A stretch of DNA of 64,000 nucleotides from Octopus sinensis (Eukaryota): assembly GCF_006345805.1 (NCBI RefSeq), contig NC_043001.1, forward strand, positions 51,522,001 through 51,586,000, written 5' to 3'. Positions 23,877 through 35,254 of this stretch are shown here, piece by piece. The translations under genes were made by a program, and so were the position numbers. The notes under the pieces were generated by a model. That model was not told the origin of the DNA. It saw only the letters and a list, made by a program, of their open reading frames with translations, and did not search any database. The first letter of the stretch is position 1, and each line of letters starts with the position of its first letter.

Positions 23877-24050
23877 AACACTTGGGTCGATGAAACCGAC
23901 TAGTCTCCTCCCTCATATTTTCTACCCTTAAGACAAACTTTGAAACTATTATTATTATTATTGTTTTTTTTCCTACTTTCTTCAAGTTTTCTTCCATTTC
24001 TCGACGAGTGTTTTCCGTACACCTAGAGCAGAGAAGCTTATTCTATTATT
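23875..24050 (-). mobile_element. R4/Dong-like 3' UTR fragment
   Basis: Minus strand ctctgctctaggtgtacggaaaacactcgtcgagaaatggaag resembles 15338-15385; (AAT)n on both sides. Confidence 0.55.
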
Positions 24051-24094
24051 ATTATCATTATTATTATTATTATTATTATTTTTATTATAGTATC

Positions 24095-24985
24095 TACAAG
24101 CAGAAGACGTCGATTTAGAGTTTGTAATTTTTATGGAAATTTGCTGGTTAGTTACAAAACTTTGTAATTTCCTAGGAAAATCCCGCTCTTCAGTGCGAGT
24201 GGACGACAGGGAAGTCATCTTGCATGTACATATGGATTGTGTGCGGCTAGCTGATAAGAGAGTGGAGTGCAAAACCTTGCAAACCTACCCAGATATTTCC
24301 AAATATTTGACAGGTAGCGACTGAATCTCTAAATTTATCTATATGAATATGGACAAACTACATCAGATCATTCATATCGTATCTAGACAGAGTATTCTAT
24401 AGCCTAGTAGATTAGGATGAATTGTGTGGTCCATTTTAAAATCGTCAGCTATACAGACCACAAATGTGTGATCTGTATGATCGACCTAGATAAGTACCGA
24501 AGTGGGGTGACGATTACTGGGAAATGAATATCTCGCTCTCGGCACGCCAGGCTTTCAGAAACCGGATCAGAGAATTAGTTAAACGGCAAGATTGACTGTT
24601 CGAATAATTCTTCAATACGAAGCACGAAAGTTGCATTGTCAGAAATAATGCACATACTCTAAGACACGAAAACCCTCTGATGGACTCGAATGGCAGAGAT
24701 GCAACTTGGCTACAAAGCTACAATTGGGAGATTATAATGGGCGCATATTAGTTGACCCCCGAGTAGATGCGTACAGCATTTCAGCAGCACTTTCATTCGA
24801 CTCTTCAGGATGAATGACGGATCGAAACGTAGGATGGATTTCACTTCTTACCTCGACAGCCTGCTAGGACTCTCTACAAGAAAGCGGTGATATTGCGAAA
24901 ATCCTATAACAACAGCGAATATACAGGAAGCAATGGTTGGTTGCACAGCAGGAATATCGCCTGGTTTGAATGGTCTCCACCTGTA
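24095..24985 (+). mobile_element. L1/Tx1-clade ORF2 fragment (end of APE to pre-RT)
   Basis: SYLDRV, SYTDHK, YWEMNISL and CTAGISPGLNGL motifs across frames, with stops. Confidence 0.75.
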
Positions 24986-25081
24986 ACAATACTGATGATT
25001 CCTAAAATAAATGATTTTTGGAAGGCATAATAAATTTTAAAATTCTTTCAATAGGCCACATGATACTTTTTTTTATAAATA

Positions 25082-25318
25082 TTAGAATAAGGAAAATGTC
25101 AAAGTCAGTCCTTGAGGTATTGAAATCGGCACGTAACTAAATTGAACAAGCCATTTTCTTTGACTAGTAATTATATTATTGACTAGTAATTATATATATT
25201 AGAATAAGGAAAATGTCAAAGTCAGTCCTTGAGGTATTGAAATCGGCACGTAACTAAATTGAACAAGCCATTTTCTTTGACTAGTAATTATATTATTGAC
25301 TAGTAATTATATTATTGA
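25082..25318. repeat. Exact 117-bp tandem duplication
   Basis: agaataaggaaaatgtcaaagtcagtcc... starts at 25084 and 25201; contains internal 19-bp repeats tgactagtaattatattat. Confidence 0.95.
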
Positions 25319-25979
25319 TCATAATAGAATTTGGACGACAAGCGCAGTATATGTTTTACGTGTTTTTATTTATTTATCTACTTTTTGCCATTCAATTATT
25401 GTTTAGCTTATTTTCAAATGTGTCAACCACTATTTTGTTCAGGAACTGAATCCTTGTCAAATCTGGGCCTGTTGCATTCCACTATTATTTATATTTGTAT
25501 AATATCGATCTACAGATAGTCAAAGTCAATATACATGTCACATGTTCTCAAGAATTTGCGATAGTTTGTGCGACGATATACGAGTAAATCAAAATATATA
25601 ATCTACAAAAATCAATGTAGTATTCGTTGTCTGGTTAAATATGAAGAATAAATAACGTTGGTATTTAGAAGTGATAAAGTACAACATTTGGTGGCAATGT
25701 GAGAAAGTTAGAGACAATTGGCGGTAAGTTGAATACACTAAAAAAATTATTGAGTCAAAAGAAGCTGCCCATAATTTAACTGCGTGAAGATCAACGTCCA
25801 TACAGTCGAGCATGGAATAAAGGTTAAAAACTTCACAAAGTTTTGCCCTTGGAATGTGAGTGTATATGGTTACGATGGTGAAAGTGGGTTTCAGTTGTTG
25901 TTCAAAATGCAGCATTATTATTACTGTGCATTTAGTACGCCGGACAAAATATTAAGTTACAATTGGTCCGTCATTTTGT

Positions 25980-26540
25980 TCTGAATTTGAATTCCGCCGA
26001 GGTCGATTTTTGCCTCTTATTCTATCGGGCTCGATAAAATAAGTACCAGTTGACCAACGGAGTCAATGTAATCGACTAACTCTCTCGAACAAAATTTCAA
26101 GTTTTGTCTTTAGTAAAATAGATTATAATTATTGTGCATGGAACAAAATGTCTGGTAGGATTTAGTTACCATTCTATAGGTTACCAGCTCAAATCTTACC
26201 AAGGTCAGCTTTAACTTTCGCCCTTCCAGGGTCGATGAAGTAAAGTATCAATCAAATGCTGGCTCAATTTTAATCATCTAACTCCCTCACTGCAACTTTG
26301 TGGCCTAAAGCATGTGTTAGAATTATTTTATTTTTCCGAAGTGGTGGATAGAGTGAATCGTTAGTGCATCGGGCAAAATGGCATACAATATTTTTTCTTT
26401 GCGTCTACGTACTGAATTCAAATTCAGCCGAGATCAAATTTGCTTTCATCCGTCCAAAGTCGAAATAATATACCAGCCAAGTATCAGAGTGGATTTAATT
26501 GCTTAGCTCCTCCGCCACAAAATTTATTTCGTTGTATCAA
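25980..26540 (+). mobile_element. Train of three decayed same-strand SINE copies
   Basis: Core aattccgccgaggtcga..taagtaccag recurs at ~25990, ~26190 and ~26420. Confidence 0.7.
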
Positions 26541-27655
26541 CATTAGAACAATTGTTGCATTCTTATGAGGATGTATGTATTTATTTCGAAGATAGGATCA
26601 TCCTTGTTACCATTTACCTTTGTCTCCTAAGAGCTACTATTTTTCATATTTCCTTCTATGTGCTCATTCCTTTCACATTACACTTTTTCTTTATCCTTCT
26701 TCACATTTTTCTTTACTCTCCTCCATTTTTGTCTTCCTTTTTCTCTCAATCTTATTCTTCTACCGTTTCTTTTCCCTCAAATCATATTCATTTAACGCAT
26801 TCTTTTACTTTTTTTCGAGTCCTTTCTCTTCCTTTTCCTCGTTTTCACATTCTTCGCCGTCTTCTATCTTGACTTTCAATTTCTTCCTCTTTTGCTTGTC
26901 TTCACTGTCACCATTTTACTTCTTGCTCTTTCCATTATTCTTTAAATTTATTCTGAAAAGTTATTTCTTTATTATATAAATCCTATTGACAGTTTCACCA
27001 TTCATTAGATGTTTGCACTTACTTGTTTCTCGCGTTCCTTATATATCTTTTAATTACATTGTGTTAATTCCATTTAATTATGTGTAATTAAAAAAAATTA
27101 ATATATCCCAATATATTGTATTATGTATTTTACCCTCAATTTTTATATAACTTTGTATATCCCGTCATATTTTCGTAACACTTTCGTAATGCCTTTTGTA
27201 TCTATGAATGGGTTTCTGGTGGCAGTTGTTCCTGCGGTCGGTTAATTTTCTCCTTGTGTTGCAACAAGAGAAGTAATAACGAGAATGGAGAAAGATTTAT
27301 ACAGAGTCGGGAGAGAAGAGAAGACAGAAACAGAAATAGTGGAGTCAGTGAAAACAAATGGGAAGAAAATTTCGAGAGAGAGAGAAGGTCTATATTATTC
27401 TGCATTTGTGTGTTCAAATCGCAGGCACAGACTAAATGTTTAACATAATGAAAGAAAGTCATGAAGATCTATAAATTTATGCCTTCAGATATATCGAAAG
27501 ATAAATTAAATTGAAATAACCCAAGGAAATAGTTGTGAATCTTACTCTTTTATCTTTTTACGTGTTCCAGACCAAAGGCTGTGGTCATGCTGGGGCACCC
27601 CCATTATTCGTTTCCTTTTCCTTTCTTGTTTTCTTTTCTTCTTTTTTGTCATTAG

Positions 27656-27710
27656 GCTTAAATGTTTTTCGATATTATGAGAGTAGACAGATACAGTCAT
27701 CTGCAGAAGG
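27656..27710 (+). CDS. Candidate 55-nt coding exon (unidentified)
   Basis: A long polypyrimidine tract and TTAG acceptor precede it; GG|GTAAGT donor follows. One frame is open: (G)LNVFRYYESRQIQSSAE(G). Confidence 0.3.
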
Positions 27711-27819
27711 GTAAGTAGATGTTCGAATATGTTGACTTGCTCCGTGGAATTTCTGCAGGTTCCGTGAGCTAATATTATCTGTTCAGTAGCTTAATTTCTA
27801 TAGGATTATTTCTCTACAG

Positions 27820-27859
27820 AAACCTGCGTAACTTGGTGCACCACGAGTACGAGCAGTGA
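27820..27859 (+). CDS. Candidate terminal exon (unidentified)
   Basis: tttctctacAG acceptor, phase-compatible with 27656-27710: NLRNLVHHEYEQ*. Followed by non-repetitive sequence. Confidence 0.22.
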
Positions 27860-28164
27860 TTTATCTTGGTTTTGTGTCCTCTGCTGCATTGAGTACTTAA
27901 GTGTGTGTACAGTATCTGTAGTGCTACATTCTGTATATTCTACTATGCTACATAGTTGTAACTCCTGGGATTTTAGTTTGCATATTATTTAATCATCCCG
28001 AAACCAAATATATTAGAGATGGCTTCTGTTTTCAATTCCTACATTCTGGTTATCTTTGTTCCTTTGGATTCTTCCATTTTTAGACATATATTATCGTCAA
28101 ACGAGGACTAATATTTATATCTGGCGGAACCATTATTTTTGGTAGTAGTAAGGGAAAAGCAGCA

Positions 28165-28850
28165 AGCTGGTAGAAAAGTTAGCACACCGAAGAAATCGCT
28201 TAGCGGCTTTCGCCTGCCTTAACATTTTGTGTTCGAATTCTGCCGAGATCGACTTTATCTCTCATCCCTTCGAGATCGATAAAATATGTACCAGTTAAGT
28301 ACTGGGGTCAATATAACCTTCCCTTTAAAACTTAAAACTATTAGCCTCGTGCCAAAATTTGAAACTATTATTGTTTGCAGCAAGGGTAAGTCGGCGGGCT
28401 TACAGAATCGTTAGCTCGCTAAACAAAATGCTTAGCGGCATTTCGTATGTCTTTACGTTCTGAGTACAGATTTCGCCGAGGTCGACTTCATCTTTCATCC
28501 TTTCAGGGTTGATAAAATAAGCACCAATTCAGCACTGGGATCGAGGTAATCGGTAAGCCCATTTCCTCAAAAGTTCAAGCCTTGTCCCTATAGTTATTAG
28601 CAACCAGAGCAGTAGATAGCAGAATCGCAAGAAAATAAAGTACAATGCCTTGTAGTATTTGTTCAGGTTCTTTCCGTCCAGGTTTCAAATCCATTCGAGG
28701 TCAACTTTACCTTTACCTTTCATCCCACCGAGGATGTGGGGATAAAATAAAGTACCAGTTAAGTAATAGGGGATTAGATGATGATAGAATCATCTGACCT
28801 CTCTTCAGAATTGCTGCTTTTGCATAAATTCGAAACGCATATTATTTTCA
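28165..28850 (+). mobile_element. Train of three same-strand SINE copies
   Basis: Each reads ctggtagaa(t/a)..ttagca..gcttagcgg..ttc(a/g)aattc.gccgaggtcgact..; starts at ~28165, ~28390 and ~28612. Confidence 0.8.
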
Positions 28851-29109
28851 ACAGAAGCAATGACTGACAGAATTGTTAATTGTCCATCACTTGGAATTCT
28901 TAGGTGAAAATCCTATCGAAGTAAACTCTGCGTATACAAGGAACAATTACCCCCATTGTTCAATCACATTATTGTATACAACTTTTTCGCTCGAAAATTA
29001 CAGAGGAAATCCAACATCAAAAGAAACACAAGATTCAAAATCCACCTTATAATTTCTTTAACGTTTGCTTTTTAAATGCAAAAATGAATATTTAAACATT
29101 TTTTCTAAT

Positions 29110-32100
29110 AGGCGTATCTTGCTTCCAAAATTTTGTTCACTTTAAGTGAATAATAATTTTTTTCTCACTTAATTGTGAGAATTGTTGTGTTTGGGGACGT
29201 ATCTCGCTTCCAAAAATGTGTTCACTATTAGTGAATAGTTTTTTTCAAAAATTGTGAGAATTTAGAAGATACAACTTCCTTTAGCAATTTTTTGTGAAAG
29301 CTGTGTTCCAAGTTGTGCCGTTCCGGGTTCAAACTGGATTACAAAGTGAGCCTGGATTACCTAGTGGCCAGAAGACTTTTTGCTTGCCGTGTTTTTTTGA
29401 ACTGTAGTCTGTTTTCTTTTCTTCTATGTTTTATTTGTGATTTTTTTTATATGGAACTGTTTTCTTTTTTTTTCTTCCTTCCTTTTTGTTAAAGACATTC
29501 TTTTAATTACTTTCTTTTTCTTCCTTCTTTTTAGAATTTTTATCGTGAACTATTTTTGGACTTTTTATTTAAAAAACAACATGGCAAAGAACAAGAACAA
29601 TGTTTTGCAGTGGGAAATTGTACCACCCAAACAGTGGTTGAAATACTTCAAATAGAGGACTGTGGTGTTAAGGACCTACTCCAAGTCGCTCGACAACATC
29701 ACCCTATTTGAAAAGAATGTCATCGAAAGGGAGCTGGCGGAGTATCTGCCAACTATTAAATTGATATCCAGTGGGGTCAAATATGCAACGGTGTGGTTGC
29801 TGTTTGATGCCCTCGAGGAGGCTCACAAATTTGTGAGCAGGCCCTTGGAGGGCAGAGAGATCTTGTTTCTTCCCAGGTATTATGGGAGGAAGTTGACGAG
29901 GGCTCGGCTCTGTTGTTTGTCACAGGGAATAGAACCCGAGTGGATAGAGGATACTATCCACCGGGGTCTGGGTGGCAGAGGATCCATGCTCCTGAATGTA
30001 ATAATTTTTCCTGCGGCTGATTGAATAGGGTCGAAAGCGGTTTTGACCCTGTGGACCCAGTCAGCCAAAAATCTGGTATTGCCGGATTTCTTGAAAATGG
30101 CCGGTTCTAGGTATCCAGTGATTATTAAGGGACGCCCCCCCCCCAAGTGTCACCTGTGACTGGAACCAGTTCACATTAAAAAGATCTGTTCCCAGGACCA
30201 AGATAAAGTCCTGGAGCAGTTATTAAAACTCGCGCTCCCCGCTCTCCCATTGGAGGGAGAGATGGAGGCAGTCGAGGAGGTGGAGTGAATAGTTTTTCTT
30301 ACTAAGGAGGCTCGCAAATTTGCAAGCCAGCCCTTGGAAGGCAGAGAGATTTTGTTTCTTCCCACGTATTGCGTGAGGAAATTGACGAGGGCTTGGGCCT
30401 GTGGTTTGCCACCCGGAATAGATCCTGAGTGGATAGAAGATACTATCCGCCGGGGTCTGGGTGGCAGCGGAAAGCGGTTTTGACCCTATGGACCCGATCA
30501 GCCAAAAATCTAGTATTTCCAGATTTTTTGAGAATGGCCGGTTCTAGGTATCCAGTGACTGTTGAGGGACGCCCCTCCCCCCAAGTGTCACCTGTGCCTG
30601 GAACCGGGCCACATTAAAAAGAACTGTCCCCAGGGCCAATGTAAGATCATAGAGCAGTTAATAAAAGTAGCGCTCCCCGCTCCCCCATTAGAGGGAGAGA
30701 TGGAGGCAGTCGAGGAGGTGGAGTGAACATATTTTCTCACTTGTGAGAATTGTTGTTTGGGCACATATCTCACTTCCAAAATTTGTTCACTTTTAGTGAA
30801 TAATGTTTTTCAAAAATTGTGAGAATTCAATGAAGATATAACAACTTTTACCAATTTTTGTGGAAGCTGTGTTCCAAGTTGTGGCGTTCGGGTTCAAATT
30901 GGATTACAAAGTAGGCCAGAATTACTTAGTGGCCAGCAAATTTTTTTGCTTGCTGTGTTTTTTTTTAACTGTAGTCTGTTTTCTTTTCTTCTTGTATCTT
31001 TTGTTTATGACTTTCTTTTATTAAGATGTTTTCTTTTTTCTTCCATCCTTTTGTTGAGACTTTCTTTTGATTTCATTCTTTTTCTTCGCTTTTTTTAAAA
31101 AATTTTATCGTGAACTAGTTTTGGACATTTTATTTTAAAAACAACATGGCAAAGAACAAGAACAATGTTTTGCAGTGGTTGAAAGACTTCAAAGAGAGGA
31201 CTATGGTGTTAAGAACCTACTCCAAGTCGCTCGACAACATCACCCTATTTGAAAAGAATGTCATCGAAAGGGAGCTGGCAGAGTATCTGCCAACTAGTAA
31301 ATTGATATCCAGTGGGGTCAAATATGCAACGGTGTGGTTGCTGTTTGATGCCCTCGGGGAGGTTCGCAAATTTGCGAGCAGGCCCTTGGAGGGCAGAGAG
31401 ATTTTGTTTCTTCCCAGGTATTATGGGAGGAAGTTGACGAGGGCTTGGCTCTATAGCTGGCCACGCGGAATAGAACCCGAGCGGGTAGGGGATACTATCC
31501 ACCGGGGTCTGGGTGGCAGAGGATCCAAGATTCTGAATGTAATAATTTTTCCTGCGGCTGATTGGGTAGGGTCGAAAGCGGTTTTGACCCTGTGGACCCA
31601 GTCAGCCAAAAATCTGGTATTGCCGGATTTCTTGAAAATGGCCGGTTCTAGGTATCCAGTGATTATTGAGGGACGCCCCCCAAGTTTCACCTGTGACTGG
31701 AACCAGTTCACATTAACAAGATCTGTTCCCAGGACCAAGGTAAAGTCCTGGAGCAGTTATTAAAAGTCGCGCTCCCGCTCTCTCATTGGAGGGAGAGATG
31801 GAAGCAGTCGAGGAGGTGGAGTGAATAGTTTTTCTTACTAAGGAGGCTCGCAAATTTGCAAGCCAGCCCTTGGAAGGCAGAGAGATTTTGTTTCTTCCCA
31901 CGTATTGTGTGAGGAAGTTGACGAGTGTTTGGGCTCTGTAGCTTGCCACGCGGAATAGAACCCGAGTGAGTAGAGGATACTATCCACTGGGGTCTGGGTG
32001 GCAGCGGAGCCAAGCTCATCAATGTAAAAATATTGCCTGCGGCTGATTGGGTAGGATCGAAAGCGGTTTTGACCTTGTGGACCCAGTCAGCCAAAAATCT

Positions 32101-33130
32101 GGTATTGCCGGATTTCTCGAAACTTATTATTGAGGGACGCCCCCAAGTGTCACCTGTGACCGGAACCAGGCCACATTAAAAAGAACTGTCCCCAGGACCA
32201 AGGTAAAGTCCTGGAGCAGTTATTAAAAGTCGCGCTCCCCGCTCTCCCATTGGAGGGAGAGATGGAGGCAGTTGGGGAGGTGGAGACCTCCTCGAAAAAG
32301 GGAAAAAAGTGAAAGGTGGGCAACAATGGTTGCCCACCTGAGGACCATAAGGCTGTCGGATAAAGTGGAGGTACCACACTCTCCCGTTGCACAAGGGAAA
32401 AACGAAGGAGAAAGAAGAACGAGACATTGCCCGCGGTTGATGGTGCACTGCCGGCATGTCCTGAGGACTCGTCGGTGGAATTTGTGCCACCGACTGTGGA
32501 AGTTGTAAAAAAGAAAAACGGTACAGTGCCGGTAGTTAATACACTACCGGCGTGTTCCGAAGCCTCACCAGTGGGAATTGTGCCACCGATGGAGGTAACT
32601 GTGACCCTTCTAGGAGCGATGAAGGGTGATTTTGTCCTCTTCTTCCACAGAGGAGGGGCAATTCAGACCTGCTTAAGGAAGATAGTGGTCTGGAGGGAAT
32701 TGACCTTGCCCTGGATTGAAGACCCTGGGTGACTGCAGAGATCATAACGGAAGTTGAGATGTTCAGGGTAATGGACTCCTTCCCGAAGGATCTTTATAGG
32801 TTCTCCTTCTGGGGCCCCGACCAGGAACTGCAGGATTGCCTGCAGGAGACATATGGCCTGGTCGGCGAGGAAGGATAAGTGTTATTGTTTGTAAGAGGCT
32901 CAGCGCCTCAGTTTGGAAACAAGATGTGATGCTCATTAACTCGTTTTCGTAATTTTTACTGTTTAAAAGAAAAAAAAGAACAATGTTTTAGAGAAGTAGG
33001 GATCGGCGGGTGTCCTCTGCCATCCCCTATTAATATCATCTTGTTCATCATTCATCTCATCTCATTAATGTCTTGTCCAGCCCGCAGCTTCTCTGTGTAA
33101 AGCCTTTATGGCTAATTTATGAAATAAAGA
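29110..33130 (+). mobile_element. L1/Tx1-like ORF1-only element with internal higher-order tandem duplication
   Basis: 5' UTR plus MAKNKNNVLQW... at 29581 and 31146. Four copies of the ..VIIEGRPPKCHLCLEPGHIKKNC (CX2CX4HX4C) region. C-terminus ends ~32880, followed by a ~250-bp tail ending AATAAAGA. No APE or RT. Confidence 0.8.
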
Positions 33131-33280
33131 AGCTTGCTTCCAACCTTATGGTTCCAGATTCTGTCCCATTGCGTGGTATCTTGAGCAAGTGTCTTCTACT
33201 ATAGCCTCGGGTCGACCAAAGCCTTGTGAGTGGATTTGGTAGACGGAAACTGAAAGAAATCCGCCGTATATTTACATGTG

Positions 33281-33356
<76 letters not shown>

Positions 33357-33545
33357 TCATTACCACTTGGCAACAAAGTATTGATATGTTTACGGCCCCA
33401 TAACGTAGCTGTTTGGTAAAAGATGCCGATAGAATAAGAGCTAAGCTTTTAAGAAAAAGTCCTGGGATCGACTTGTTTGACTAAGACTCTTCAAGGCGGT
33501 GCTCCAGCATGGCTGAGGTCAAATTACTGAAACAAATAAAAGAAT
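33131..33545 (+). mobile_element. tRNA-derived SINE (5'-truncated head, (TG)n centre, tail)
   Basis: Same family as 21032-21615. Confidence 0.88.
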
Positions 33546-33566
33546 ATCTAGTAGCTGTTTATTCGA

Positions 33567-33880
33567 GATGTGAAGGCGCGTGACCTTGTAGTTAGGGTGT
33601 CGCACTCACGTTTTTTAGATCAAGGCTTCGATTCCCGGACCAGCTGCTGCATAGTACTCTTGAACGAAACACTCCATTTCATGATGCTCTGCGATTATTT
33701 CGACATCGGACGTGTGAAACACTTGTGCACTTGCACACGCTATGTCAATTTGATGGAAGAGTAAGCTAATGTACGGAACATGCAGTTGATCGCTATAAAC
33801 AAATCATTTGGGTAGGTTGTTCAGTAAAAATTGAACGCTCATTCACTCATACGTCGTCTTCGACGGGAGATTCCATCATA
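33567..33880 (+). mobile_element. tRNA-derived SINE, second family
   Basis: gtgaaggcgcgtgaccttgtagttaggg..ggcttcgattcccggacc is an A/B-box-like head. Confidence 0.65.
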
Positions 33881-34204
33881 TTGTATGCATCTTTTAATAA
33901 TAACTCCATTAAACTTAGCTGCGAGGTACGTGTCAAAATTGATTACTTTCTCATTAATTATTAGATAAAATGTTGAAGAGGATATGAATTTGACATTTTT
34001 CCCAAGCGAGAAGATTTTGGTTGTTAGTCGAAACCATGTTATTATTGCAGAACTGCGGTAGCTTATTTTCTCTTTACTGTGCCCATATTACAGAGCATAA
34101 GTTTTAACTATTGTTTTGTAAGACGTAGCTTAGTAAAACAGCAGAAATTAGCGAAAACTTATAATGTTGTGCGTTAACAATAAGCAATGAAATAAGACAT
34201 GCGA

Positions 34205-34580
34205 AGGTGGTGTGCTGGCAGAAAAGTTAGCACGCCGGACAAAATCCTTAGCAACATTCTTTCGAGTTTTACGTTATGCTCTCAAATTCTGCCGTGGTCG
34301 ACTTTGCTTTTCATCCTTTAGGATAAAATAAGTACAAGTCAAATGCCAGGGTCGATGTAATCGTCTTCTGTCTCCCTACAAAACTACTGGACCTTTGCCA
34401 AAATCTGAGACCATTATATAGATATACGTTAGAGCGGCGAGCTTCAAGAATTGTTAGCATACAGGATATTTCTTCCGGCTTTACGTTCTGTGATGTAATT
34501 CCATCGAGATCGATGCATTTAACTAGAACCCTTCCATAAAATTGCAGATCTTGTACCTATGGTACAAAGTATTATATAGA
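34205..34580 (+). mobile_element. Two same-strand SINE copies
   Basis: Same core as the 28165-28850 copies. Confidence 0.75.
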
Positions 34581-34916
34581 TATGCACCAATGCTTTCGAT
34601 AGAAACAACGCATGAGTTCTATATTCGTTTGTAATATATTGAAATATCAGATTTAGGTTACAACATTATATAAATAGCAGCTTTTGATTGCGCGAACATT
34701 TTGGTAGCTTTTTTTTCTCTTAGTATGGAATAAGCCAAACCTATTTATTAGTTGGCAATCATTTTCACGACAGTAAAGGAAACGAAATGTCAAAACATTG
34801 TCACACACATATTTATATATTATTCATAACAGATTGTACAAATATCAGATTTTCAACTGAAACACTGTAAATAATTCATTATGACAACGTGTTCATAATA
34901 TACAAATATAATATAA

Positions 34917-35215
34917 ACAATTGCAGCGTGGAAAGTGTTTATGAACCATTTAACAAATACACAAAAACCGTTAGATTCACTTTAACATTTAAATTTAATT
35001 TGTCAAAATATTTTCGTCGCTTTGAAACCGCGACCTGCTCACTAACAAAATTCTGTGCGACGAAAATATTTTGACAAATTAAATTTAAATGTTCAAGTGA
35101 ATCTAACAGTTTTTGTGTGTTTCTTAAATGGCTTATATACACCTTCCACGCTGCAATTGTTCTCTTTCCAGCACACGATCTCAGATCAGGTCACTTGCTA
35201 TGCAAGTACATACCC
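34917..35215. mobile_element. PLE terminal fragment with 104-bp fold-back
   Basis: 34917-35020 and 35057-35160 are inverted (about 8 mismatches); same family as 62745-62935. Confidence 0.85.
34999..35049 (-). ncRNA. Candidate minimal type-I hammerhead, G3-C8 variant
   Basis: Minus strand: TTTGTTA GTGAGCA G GTCGC ggtttcaaa GCGAC GAAA ATATT T TGACAAA. Confidence 0.65.
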
Positions 35216-35254
35216 GTAAATATAATATATATATGTACATATTCATGGAATTTT

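Noticed and set aside
29118-33143. 11-bp direct repeat CTTGCTTCCAA flanking the ORF1-only element as a target-site duplication
   Set aside because: The left copy belongs to an internally repeated 5' UTR unit (variants at ~29205 and ~30770) and the right copy is part of the SINE head, so coincidence cannot be excluded.
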